Position numbers and translations under genes: made by a program. This document shows positions 52,958 through 64,000 of a DNA stretch of 64,000 bases, piece after piece. A model generated the notes under the pieces. The model saw only the letters and a list, made by a program, of their open reading frames with translations. It was not told the DNA's origin and did no database searches. Position 1 is the first letter of the stretch; each line of letters starts with the position of its first letter. This DNA is from Octopus vulgaris (Eukaryota): the NCBI GenBank assembly GCA_951406725.2, contig OX597819.1:12772001-12836000 (forward strand), given 5' to 3'.

Positions 52958-54793
52958 CATATATACGACAGGCTTCTTTCAGTTTCCGTCTACCAAATCC
53001 ACTCACAAGGCATTGGTCGGCCTGGGGCTATAGCAGAAGACACTTGCCCAAGATGCCACGCAGTGGGACTGAACCTGGAACCATGTGGTTGGTTAGCAAG
53101 CTACTTACCACACAGCCACTCCTGTGTATATATGTGTATATATATACAATATATACATATATAATATGTGTCTGTATGTGATAGATACACATATGCGTGT
53201 GTGTATATGATAAAAATATGTGTGTATATCTTATACTTGTGTCAATCATTAGACAACGGCCATGCTGGAGCACCTTCTTGAAGTGGTTTTAGTCGAATTA
53301 ATTGACCCCAGAAATTATAATTATAATTATAATTTTAAAATCTTGGTACTTATTCTATCAAATTCTTTTTGCCGAACCGCTAAGTAACTCGAACGTAAAC
53401 ACACAAACACCAGTTGTCAAAGACACCCACATAAATTAAATATGTATCCATATCTATCTATTTATCTCTCTATCTCTCTCTATACATATATATATATATG
53501 GTGGCACGTAAAGAGCACCATCCGAGCGTGACTGATGCCAGTGCCGCCTTGACTGGCTTCCGTGCCGGTGGCACGTTAAACGCAACAAACGATCGCGGCC
53601 GCTGCCAGACTTCCCTGGCACCTGTGCCGGTGGCACGTAAAAAGCACCCACTACACTCGCGGAGTGGTTGGCGTTAGGAAGGGCATCCAACTGTAGAAAC
53701 ACTGCCAGATGAGACTGGAGCCTGGTGCAGCCTCCTGGCTTCCCAGACCCCAGTCGAACCGTCCAACCCATGCTAGCATGGAAAACGGACGTTAAACGAT
53801 GATGATGATGATGATGATGATATATATATCAAACGGGCTTCTTTCAGTTTCCATCTACCAAGTCCACTCACAAGGCTTTGGTCGACCTGAGGCTATAGTA
53901 GAAGACACAACCGTAGAATGTTAAGAGAAAGTTTTTATTTAGGTGTTAGCAGAGTGTGTGTCTGTGTGTGCGACATAAGTACATATATAATAATAACAAT
54001 AATAATGTGTATGTGTGTACAAACAAGGGTGTATGTGTGTGAGATAAAATACAGAGCATAGAAAGAGTCTATAACAGGACGCTAGATGTTCAAACACAAT
54101 GAAGATAAAATACCAGTTCGTAGTAAGTTACACAATAGCTGAAGAGCTGTAACAAGAAGTTGTGGCTACAATGCAGAGCTGGTTGAAGCATGTGTCGTGT
54201 AAGCGATTGTGGCTACTATGCTGTGCTGGTTACTTGATACAGTAAGATGTCGCAGGTTGTTCTTGCTGTTAACCATGGTGAAGTATTCACAAACAGCATG
54301 GAGTTAAACCTGAGCGAATGTTGCTGTGTACGTAAAGAGATGTTGTGGGCGATGTTAAGATGAAGGCAATGGAGATGGTGGTCCTGAATGCTGATAGACG
54401 ATGTTTTGATGTTTCTCCATGATGTTGCTGGTGTAGTCGCTGGAACTAGCTGTGCACTTAGAAGGTCTGGAACCAAAGACAAAATATGGTTTTTGTAACT
54501 AGCTTTTATAGTGACTAGGAGGCTCTAACGGAGCTTTAGAAAAACTGTGTCACGGGAACTTATCAGAAAGTTGTGATTGGTTGGGTTGCACATTGGCACG
54601 TAATAGAGCAAGAGACAAATTGCGCCAATACCAACCAATCAGAGTAGTGGACACAACAGTGTCCAAGCAGCCGAATGTTAGCTGTTATCTGCTACATCCG
54701 TATTTATGCTATATATAACAGAGAGAGAGAGAGAACTTCACTAAGTGTACGCTACAGTTTCTTTGCGTTGAACTTTGCATTTTATCCCCTGCA

Positions 54794-55400
54794 ATGGCTC
54801 CCAAGCATGCTGCTTCTTCCAAAGCTGGTACTGAGCCTAAATGCAAACGAAGAATGATGATGATCGCTGAGAAGGTGCATTTTCTGGATATGTTGAAGGA
54901 AGGGAGAACTTTGGCTGCCGTAGCCTGCCATTTTAGCGTGAATGAATCCACCATTCGCTACATCAAGAAGGATGAGGCTAACATTAGGAAGACGGCTGCC
55001 ATCACCTTTAATAAGTCAGCGAAGAGAGTGGTTATGGTTTGTAATAAAACTATCATCCGTATGGAAGCTGCTTTGGCCATACGGATAGCCGACTGCCGAC
55101 AGAAAAACATAGCCTTGGATACGAACATCATCTAAACAAAGGCTAGGAGCCTGTACGAGACTTTCACCGCTAAGGAACCTGAGGACGACAGTGGCGACTA
55201 CGCAAAAGAGGAAGAAGATGAAGATGACGTAGAAGATCCGCAACCAGGGACGTCCAGTGATTCACAACCTAAAAAACGTCCTTTTTCTGCTACCAAAGGG
55301 TGGTTTGTGAAGTTTCAGAAACATTTCGGCCTAAAAAGCGTTTCCCTGCATGGCAAGGCTGCTTCTGCTGACACGAACGCTGCTGAAACATACGTGAACT
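54794..55400 (+). pseudogene. Tigger/pogo-like transposase fragment (HTH and CENP-B domain)
   Basis: KRRMMMIAEKVHFLDML...VACHFSVNESTIRYIKK; after an in-frame stop it continues TKARSLYE...FSATKGWFVKFQKHFGLKSVSLHGKAASAD. Confidence 0.8.
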
Positions 55401-56013
55401 ACCCTCAAGACCCTTTCATATCCCCCATTTTGGCCTGCTCCCCATGACCCCACCACACATCATCATCATCTTTCTTTCAGTAGCTCTCTCTGGACCATTG
55501 CCACCCTCATCTACTTTCTCACTTTCGTGTTCCCTACCACTCCCACCTTCCACCCATTTTCATCCTTATAATATGGAAGAGACCTGGACTCACCCACTAC
55601 ACAACCCACCTCGTCCCCCTTACCACTCTCTCCCTCCCTTTCTCACTAACCCCTCTGCCGTGGGGAACAATTAAAGAGTCTGGAGAATTCTCTGATGTGG
55701 CTGTCCCAAGTCACAGCACCACCTCTATGCTTCATGGTAGGAGCTAAATAATCTGTGTGGAAGGCATTTTTGGGGCTGTCTCCAGACAAAAAACTCACCC
55801 TGAAGTGGAGAAAAGGGTGAATGATGATTCATCAGAGAAGATGACATTGTTCTGTTGAGCCATTGACGACATTTGATAGCCTGGATACCATTATTTTGCA
55901 CTTACCCCTATTGATGAGGGACAGGAGGGGTTTAGCAATTGCAAACCTACCATAGCATCCAGCTTTGTGGAACTCATAAGGAATAGTTTTGGATGAGTCA
56001 GGTTTAGCTGGGT

Positions 56014-56574
56014 CAGTGGTTCTTAAGGTTTTTCAAAAACTTTTATGTGCTGGTCCCCTTACAGTTTTTTTCTGATGATTCACGGTCCCCTATAAAATGC
56101 AAGATAATCAACATGGAAAAAAATGACGTACATTTGTGTGCCCTAATTTCCAGACTACGAACCACACTGCCCATACACCCGCAACCCCCAAAACTACAAC
56201 TTAATCCAGGCAGCGTCCCATTGGGATACAATAAATGCACATGGAAAAAATATGGGGAATCAGTTGATCAATTTGTTCCAATACAAATGAGAAACGAAAA
56301 ATACCAACAGCACATGCATGGCTAACCCTTATACCCACATATTTTCTATTGGCCAATCACACTTGTTGTATAACATGTGTGATTAGGAGTGATGTGGGTT
56401 TTGGGGGCCAACAACAAAAAAGGATAATAGCATGCTAAAAATTGAAAGTCTTGAAATCTTAAAACTTAACTCTCTCAAGCCAACCTGTTTTCACAATACT
56501 TCAGCGTCCCTTCGCGGTCCCCCTAAAATCACTTGTCCCCTAGGGGACAGCAAACCCCAGTTTGAGAACCACTG
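56014..56574. mobile_element. hAT (Charlie-type) MITE
   Basis: TIRs CAGTGGTTCT...AGAACCACTG; 8-bp TSD AGCTGGGT/AGCTAGGT. Confidence 0.8.
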
Positions 56575-57041
56575 AGCTAGGTAGCAGTGGTGGTTGGTTC
56601 TCCAGTTTTGCTGTCACTTTTGCTGCCATAGTAGTGCAGGAGTGACTGTGCATGGTAAGAAGTTTACTTCCCAATCACATGGCTCCAGGTTCAGTCCCAC
56701 TGCTTGGCACCTTAGGTAAGTGTTTTCCACTCTTCTGCTACATCTCCCAAAGCCTTCTGAGTGGATTTGGCAGACTGAAACTGAATGAAGTTTGTTGTGT
56801 GTGTGTGTGTGCGTGTGTGTGTAAAATACGATGAGAAAGTAGAGAGGTAATTAATAAATAATAATTCATTAATTATCTCTCTATTTTCTCATCATAATAA
56901 ATAAATATATACAAACCACGTTTATATAATTACCTTGCAATTGAGTATTAAATATAATGCTCAATATTCTTTGTATAGGTCACTAACCAGTACTTTCATA
57001 GGATTTTGCTATCCCTGAATGTTTGTAACCTTTATTTGTGC

Positions 57042-57112
<71 letters not shown>

Positions 57113-57430
57113 GTTAGTGTCTTCTTGCCTTGGATTCACATGATAATTGTTGTAAATAAGCATCACCATCATGCAAACGATGTCCTTCATTTCCAAGGAA
57201 ACATCTCTGGTCATGTGGAAATATTACCTCACAAGGAAAAAGATGAGGGTTGGCAACAGGTAGGGTATCCAGTCATAGAAAATCTACCTCAACAAATTCT
57301 ATCCAACCCATGCAAGCATGGAAAAGTGGATGTTAGAATACGATGATGAATCTATTTTTATATTTTATTTTTGTTATTTTTTTAATTAAGCCCTTCTTAT
57401 CTTTCTTCTTTGCAGTTTTAATCAGAAAGC

Positions 57431-57579
57431 ATGCGGATTACTAAAGTTGGAACTCTTGTATCAACTAATTGGCTGAAGGATTGTTTGTCATCATCGTCTG
57501 CAGACAAACTTCGTGTTCTAGATGTTTCTTGGGCTCATATGAAAAAGCCTGGTGTTGGCTACGAGAAGTTCTACAAGAA
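57431..57579 (+). CDS. Sulfurtransferase copy B (inverted paralog), coding exon 1
   Basis: MRITKVGTLVSTNWLKDCLSSSSADKLRVLDVSWAHMKKPGVGYEKFYK; tgcag acceptor at 57415, donor gtaagc. Confidence 0.87.
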
Positions 57580-58344
57580 GTAAGCTGAGGTGTCTTTGTT
57601 TTATTTATTCTTTGTTGTTGCTAACTGCCTTATCAGTTATCTTTGACCAGACAGATGCTCAAACACATCGTTTATTGTATATCAAATATTACTTTTTCCA
57701 GTGTCACTTTCCTTTTTCTTTAAGACATTGCACTGTGATGTCTATCGCATCGACCCCAGTGTGTAACTGGTACTTATTTTATCAACTCAAAAAGGACGAA
57801 ATGCATAGTCAGCCTCGGTGGAATTTGAACTCAGAATGTAAAGACAGATGAAATGCATCAAGACCTTTTGCCCAACATGCTAACGATTATATCAGTTCAC
57901 CACTTTAGTAGCTATTGTATTCAGTGGCTAGGGTTTCCAGGGGCTAGAGTATTCAGTGATTAGGGTTTCCAGAGGCTAGGGTTCTCAGTCGTGAGTTCAA
58001 TTACCAGCCCCACCTCTGTATCCTTGAGCAAGACAATTGATTTCTCGTTGCTCCTGTCCACTCATCCGGTGAAAATGAGTTGTAACTGGATTTCAAAAGG
58101 CCAGGCTTGTCATGCTGAGAACTGTCTCTCTGAGAACTACAGTGGAGTACTCAGCCACTTGCATGTTAATTTCAACCCTCATTATCATAACCAATGGAGA
58201 GCAAGGCAGTGTGATGTCACACAGATTTGACTGCTATTTCTAATACATCAAGAAACCACATGGGCTTCTAAAAAATTACGTGTCGCTTTGGCAGGTTGCT
58301 TAAATAAAATATTTTTTAGGAGTTTAAGTAATTAATTAATTCAT

Positions 58345-58395
<51 letters not shown>

Positions 58396-58908
58396 CCTTT
58401 CTACTATAGGCAAAAAGCTTGAAATTTTAGGGGAAGGTTTTAGGCGATTACTTCAACACCAGAGCTTCACTGTGCTTAATTTATTGACCTTGAAAGAATG
58501 AAAGACAAAGTCAGCCTTGTGGAATTTGAACCCAGAACATAAGGAGTCAGAAGAAATACCTATGGAAATTTCATGTTTTGTTAATTTTATTTCATTTATG
58601 AAGCATGGATTTATAAATCTTCATAACATTGTTTCATTGCATTAAATATTTTGATTTGTCTTTAATTTCATTCCATAGTTGAGTTTGTTTAAAGCGCAAC
58701 ACGCAAACTTGTTTTTTATGTCGAATAATTTGATCATGTCTTCAATTTTGTTTCATTAAGATTATTGGACACATAACCCTCAGACTTGTTTCATTGTAAA
58801 AAAATTTCAATTACATCTTCAGTTCCATTCCATAGTTAAGGCTGTTAAAAGCGTTACACCCAAACACACACATTGTAACAGAGTGATCTTATAATTTCTT
58901 TGCCCCAG

Positions 58909-59104
58909 GCAACATATTCCTGGATCCATCTACTTTGATCTGAACCAATGCAATACCCCAACTAAATATATACCATTCAGCTTACCAGATACAAATTGCT
59001 TAAGTGAATACATTGGAAGTTTGGGAATTTCAAATAAGAATTATATTATCGTTTATGATCAGCAAAATAACAGCTCAGCATTCCGAGCCTGGTGGATGTT
59101 TAAG
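58909..59104 (+). CDS. Sulfurtransferase copy B, coding exon 2
   Basis: Protein-identical to copy A exon 2 (QHIPGS...RAWWMFK); intact AG/GT. Confidence 0.9.
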
Positions 59105-60754
59105 GTAGGTATTCCTTTATTCCATTCCTTTATTCCTTTTAGTCATATGAACAAATCGACCCCATCTGAAGAAATTGACCCCAGGACTTATTCTTTGTGA
59201 GCCTCGTACTTATCCTATCAGTCTCTTTTGCTGAACCACTAAGTTACAGGAACGTAAACACACCAACATTATTTGTGAAGCAATGATGGGGCGACACACA
59301 CACACACATATATATATACGACGTGCTTCTTTCAGTTTCCATCTACCAAATCCACTCACAAGGCTTTCGTCAGCCTGAGGCTATAGTAGAAGACACTGGC
59401 CCAAGGTGCCATGCAGTGGGACTGAACCCGGAACCATGTGGTTGGTAAGCAAGCTACTTACCACACAGCCATGCCTGTCCCTGTTTCAAACTTTCTGATT
59501 ATTTCTTTTCATCTTCTTATGTTACATCGATACAGAGACCATAACCAGAAATAGCAACCAAATTTGACTGAGGACTGGCAAGCCAGCAGGCTGTACTAGG
59601 CTCCAATCTGATCTAGCAGTGTTTCCACAGCTGGATGCCCTTCCTAAGGCCAACCACTCTGAGAGTGTAGTGGGTGCTTTTTATATGCCACAACCATGGC
59701 AGCACTGGTATTGACCATGACCATGTTTGGATGGTGCTTTTCACATGCCACCAGCACAGGAGCCAGTTTGGGGCACTGGCATCAACCACATTTGGATGGT
59801 GCTTTTTACATGCCACCAGCATGGGGACCCAGTCAGGTGGCACTGGCATTGGCCACAACTACGATTTCCATTGTGATTTTACTTGACTCAGTAGGTCTTC
59901 TCAAGTGCAGCATATCACCCGAATGATTCAAGGGTAATTTTAAATTGCTCTGGTTATGCAACACTGGTATCAGCCTCGGCTGTGACCTCACTTTACTTGC
60001 CGGGTCATTGATCAAAATTCGATTTCACTTAACTCAACAGGGGTCATGATTTGATTAAAAATTGAAGTATATGCACAGTTACATGTGTGTGTGTGTGAGG
60101 TTAATGATTTTACATATGTGTGTGTGTATGTACACACACACACACAGACTATTACATAAACACCAATCTTCAAAAAAAACCCCAGAAATAAACGTTCAAT
60201 CAGTAATCGTTTCTTTCCTTCCCAGTTAAAGCCATCCCATTTCTCTTATACCATTAACCCTTTCGTTACCAACCCAGCAGAAACCGGTTCTATCTCTGAG
60301 TACAAATGTCTTGTTTCCATAAGTTTGGAATCAAAATCTTCCACCAAACCTGAATCACAATTTATGCTCCTGACACTAGCTGAATGATAACTAAGTTTTT
60401 TACTAAATTCTTTGTTATATGTAAAATTAATAGAAAGAAACACAGATCATCTCAACAGAAATATGGTAACAAAAGGGTTAAAATATATAATAAACAATTC
60501 TTAACCCTTTTGATACCAATCTGGTTGAAACCACCTTTGGCTCTGTATTACAAATATGTTTCCATAAGTTTTAAATTAAAATCTTCCACCAAACCTGAGT
60601 CACAATTTATGTTCCTAACACTAGCTCAATGATAACTAAGTTATTTTACTAAATTCTTTGTTATATTTAAAATTAAAGGCATAAAGGCCACAACTCTAAA
60701 CTGTTTACTTTGTGCTTAGTCACCAATAATCAATATCATTCTTTGACTTTTCAG

Positions 60755-60850
60755 TACCTTGGTCACTCTGCTGTATCACTGTTAGATGGAGGAATGGCCA
60801 AGTGGATTGCTGATAACTATGAAGTGACAGCAAAACCAACAACATACGAG
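60755..60850 (+). CDS. Sulfurtransferase copy B, coding exon 3
   Basis: YLGHSAVSLLDGGMAKWIADNYEVTAKPTTYE; intact AG/GT. Confidence 0.9.
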
Positions 60851-62039
60851 GTAAGAACTTGATATTTTCTGCATTGTTTTCTGGAATTTTCTAAATAAAT
60901 CTCATTCTTTGGGAACTCAACCCCCAAAGCCCAGTGTTTATACAAGGGGTTATTAACAGAAGGATTCCTATAACACCATGCGAATTGAAAGAGAACTCTT
61001 TTACTCTTTAACTGGTTTCAGTCATTTGACTGCGGCCATGCTGGAGCATCACCTTTAGTCAAACAAATCGACCCCAGAGCTTATTCTTTGTAAGCCTAGT
61101 ACTTATTCTATTGGTCTCTTTTGCTGAACCGCTAAGTTATGAGGATGTAAACACAGAAACCTCAACCACCATCATGTCCTGAGTAGCTGAGAGCAGATTT
61201 TCTTCAACTTCCAAGAACACACCGTACCAATGTCACTGCCCAGATATGTTGATCTTCTCATATTCTGCCAAACAGGTGATCATATACCAGGGGCTGGGGG
61301 AACAGTGTAGAAACCAAGGCTGGCAGGAGGCACACTACGAGGCAAGTGAAGTGGGCTGCCAAGGTTTTATGGGGCATTCGTTTGGCAAGTCTCTGAGTTA
61401 CTGGTGCAGCAAAGACACCAAAGCTGCAGAAGAGGCCACTAGGTGACTTGAGATAAAGAGCAGACCAATGTTTTGCTGTTATTGAGATGTAAGCTAGGAT
61501 TTGATCAATCCCAACTGGGTCAGATGGGTGAGGGGTGGGAGGAGTGTGGCATTAAGACACTAACCCCGTCCCCGTCCCAGACCCCAGAAACATTACTGAT
61601 AATGCATCCCTTAGCGTCTGTGAGATGTTTCTTGGAACAAGGAATAACATACACCTGCTTAACCTGGTTGAAATAACAGCCAAATCGCCTTCAAATCACT
61701 CTTTGCTCTTCCTAAAAAAGAAGTAAATTGACTCAAATATTCTCAAAAGAACATTTGTTAAATGAAAAATATTTCTGTGGCCTCAAAATCTGGAATATAT
61801 TTACAGTAGCCACCTGGTGATCACAGAATTTACAAAAAACAAGCTAAAACCCATTATTTTTTCCTTCATTAACTAAAAATATTTGGCTCTGTGGTAAGTA
61901 GCTTGCTTACCAAAAACATAGTTCCCGGTTCAGTCCTGGTGCATGGCACCTTGAGCAAGTGTTTTCTACTATAGCCTCAGGCTGATCAAAGCCTTGTGAG
62001 TGGATTTGGTAGATGGAAACTAAAAGAAGCCTGTCGTAT

Positions 62040-63100
62040 GGGCAACAAACACCTGCAGATTCTCAGAAAACTGATTCCATCACATGCCAGGGGGAGAAAC
62101 TAGAAGTAATTGATATCTTTGCTACCTAGGTGACTGAGTCTGTAGTGGGGGTGGATGCTCAGTGATTATTGCCACTAGAATAAGAATAGCTTGAGCAAAG
62201 TTCAGAAAGCTTCTACCTCTATTGGTGACAGAGGGCCTCTCACTCAGAGTGAAAGGTAGATTGTATGATGCATGTGTGTGAACTGCTATGCTACATGGCA
62301 GTGAAACATGGGCTGTGACTGTTGAAAACATGCATAGGCTCAAAAGAAATGAGGCTAGTATGATCAGCTGGATGTGTAATGTCAGTGTACACATATGACA
62401 GAGTGTAAGCACCCCGAGAGAAATGTTGGACATAAAAAGCATTGGATGTGGTTTGCCAGAGAGACGACTGCGCTGGTATGGTCATGTGTTGCGTATGGAT
62501 GAGGAGAGACGTGTGAAGAAGTGTCACTCCCTAACAGTGGAAGGAACCTGTGGAAGAGGGAGACCCAGGAAGAGACATGGGAAGAGGTGGTGAAGCATGA
62601 CCTTCAAGTGTTGAGCCTCACAGATGCAATGATGAAAGACCAAGACCTCTGGAGATATGCTGTGATTGAGAAGCCCTGGCAAAAAATGTGAGATCATAGC
62701 CATAGCATACACTAGTGTTGCATAACCAGCCCATTTAAAAAGTACTTTGAATCATCAGGTGACATTCCATGCTTGAGGAGACCTATTGAGTCAAGTAAAA
62801 TTAAAATCAAATCAAATGGAAATTATAGTTGTGGCTGATGCCAGTGCCACCTGGCTGGCTCTTGTGCTGGTGGCATGCAATAAGCACCATTCATGCATGG
62901 GTCGTTGCCAGTGCCGCCTGACTGGCTCCCATCCTGATGGCATGTAAAAATCACCCACTACACTCTCAGAGTGGTTGGCATTAGGAAGAGCATCCAGCTG
63001 TAGAAACCTTGCCAGATCAGATTGTCAGTCCACAGTCAAGCCGTCCAACCCATGCCAGCATGGAAAACAGACATTAAACGATGATGATGATGATGATATA
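62040..63100 (+). mobile_element. 5'-truncated RTE LINE, paralogous to 21225-22420
   Basis: Same position in the paralogous intron, same 5' junction with a SINE, (GAT)n tail. Confidence 0.85.
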
Positions 63101-63406
63101 TATATAAGCATGTGTTTATGTTTGTGTGTCAGTGTTTGCTCCCCAACATTGCTTGACAACTGATGCTGGTGTGTTTATGTCCCCATAACTCAGCACTTCT
63201 ACAAAAAGAGACAGATAGAATGAGTACAAGGTTTACAAATAATAAGTCCTGGGATTGATTTGCTCGACTAAAGGCAGTGCTCCAGCATGGCCACAGTCAA
63301 ATGACTGAAACAAATAAAAGAAAAGAGAATGTTCTTGTTCCATTTAATTATTGGTACTTTTTCTGAGATTTACAAATAAATTCCTCATCCTCTTTGAATT
63401 TTCTAG

Positions 63407-63548
63407 AAATGCAACTTTGAGATTCATCTTGAGCCAAAACGTTTTAGGTCCTTTGAAGAAGTGGCAAAAAATCAGGAAACCCAAACTGAAAAAGTTGTCG
63501 ACTGTCGTGCTTCTGAACATTTCCATGGAAATCCTAAAGATAATAATG
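63407..63548 (+). CDS. Sulfurtransferase copy B, coding exon 4 (remaining exons not in window)
   Basis: KCNFEIHLEPKRFRSFEEVAKNQETQTEKVVDCRASEHFHGNPKDNN; open frame, intact AG/GT. Confidence 0.87.
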
Positions 63549-64000
63549 GTATGTCTCTAGAACATTGGTTTTTTTTTTTTTTTTAGGATTGCTAACGTAA
63601 CTGTTAGGATGTTTCATGGCATTCCCAGACCTAAACAGTACAATATCTGCATGGCATCGTTGATAATCCAAAGATTCTTAAAGATTTAACATCCTCTTCC
63701 TCCTCTACACCATCACCCCCATCCTCATCACCATTACCATGTCAACAAACAAGCATCTACACAGGTAGGTAGATGAAGAAAAGAGAAAAATGGTCAAATC
63801 TCCTTTGAAGATCTCTTTACTTTCCTAATAATAAAAGAATTTTTGGATAAAAGAGTTCTTTGTAGTTTATCCAAAAATTGCTCTTCTGTTATCAAGAAAG
63901 TAAAAAGTTCTTCAAGGGGTATTCTTTTTTTTTTCTTAGGTAGAGTCAGGTCAGGGATCTCATCACAGGCTGATGAGACCTGTTACTGGTACCATGTAAA

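Larger units (their letters stand above)
50800..63605 (+). repeat. Right arm of large inverted segmental duplication
   Basis: For example, 58560-58908 is ~99% identical to the reverse complement of 26846-27200; visible homology ends at GCTAACGTAACTGTTA (~63605). Confidence 0.9.

Noticed and set aside
54794-55135. Domesticated TIGD/CENP-B gene
   Set aside because: It has an in-frame stop, is truncated before the DDE domain, and is present in only one arm of the duplication.
63606-64000. Breakpoint or truncation of sulfurtransferase copy B
   Set aside because: Homology stops here, but it could be a copy-specific insertion in intron 4; this cannot be decided at the window edge.

Overview
Eukaryotic, AT-rich, microsatellite- and retroposon-dense genomic DNA. 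The SINE, RTE and (TA)n landscape looks like an octopod cephalopod genome, which is inference only. Three spliced genes were read by hand. (1) The last six coding exons of PI4KA (+, 59-8651). (2) A complete 7-coding-exon, 281-aa tandem-rhodanese sulfurtransferase of the TST/MPST family (-, 28780 to 16576) with a non-canonical active-site loop, CNKAVT. (3) An inverted, head-to-head paralog of that gene (+, coding exons 57431-63548); its remaining exons are not seen in the window. The two paralogs sit in a large inverted duplication (~20.7-37.7 kb vs ~50.8-63.6 kb) with very uneven divergence and amino-acid changes clustered near the predicted substrate site. Repeats include RTE LINEs with an embedded PHD-like finger, an IR-DR Tc1 element, mariner, maT and Tigger relics, piggyBac and hAT MITEs, and several SINE families. 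A GIY-YIG Penelope-like element carries hammerhead ribozymes in its inverted pLTRs. The most unusual signal is a tRNA-headed SINE-like unit ending in a minimal hammerhead ribozyme and arranged as a head-to-head palindrome, plus several variant hammerhead-like motifs. Most short ORFs in the supplied track are repeat or microsatellite artefacts.
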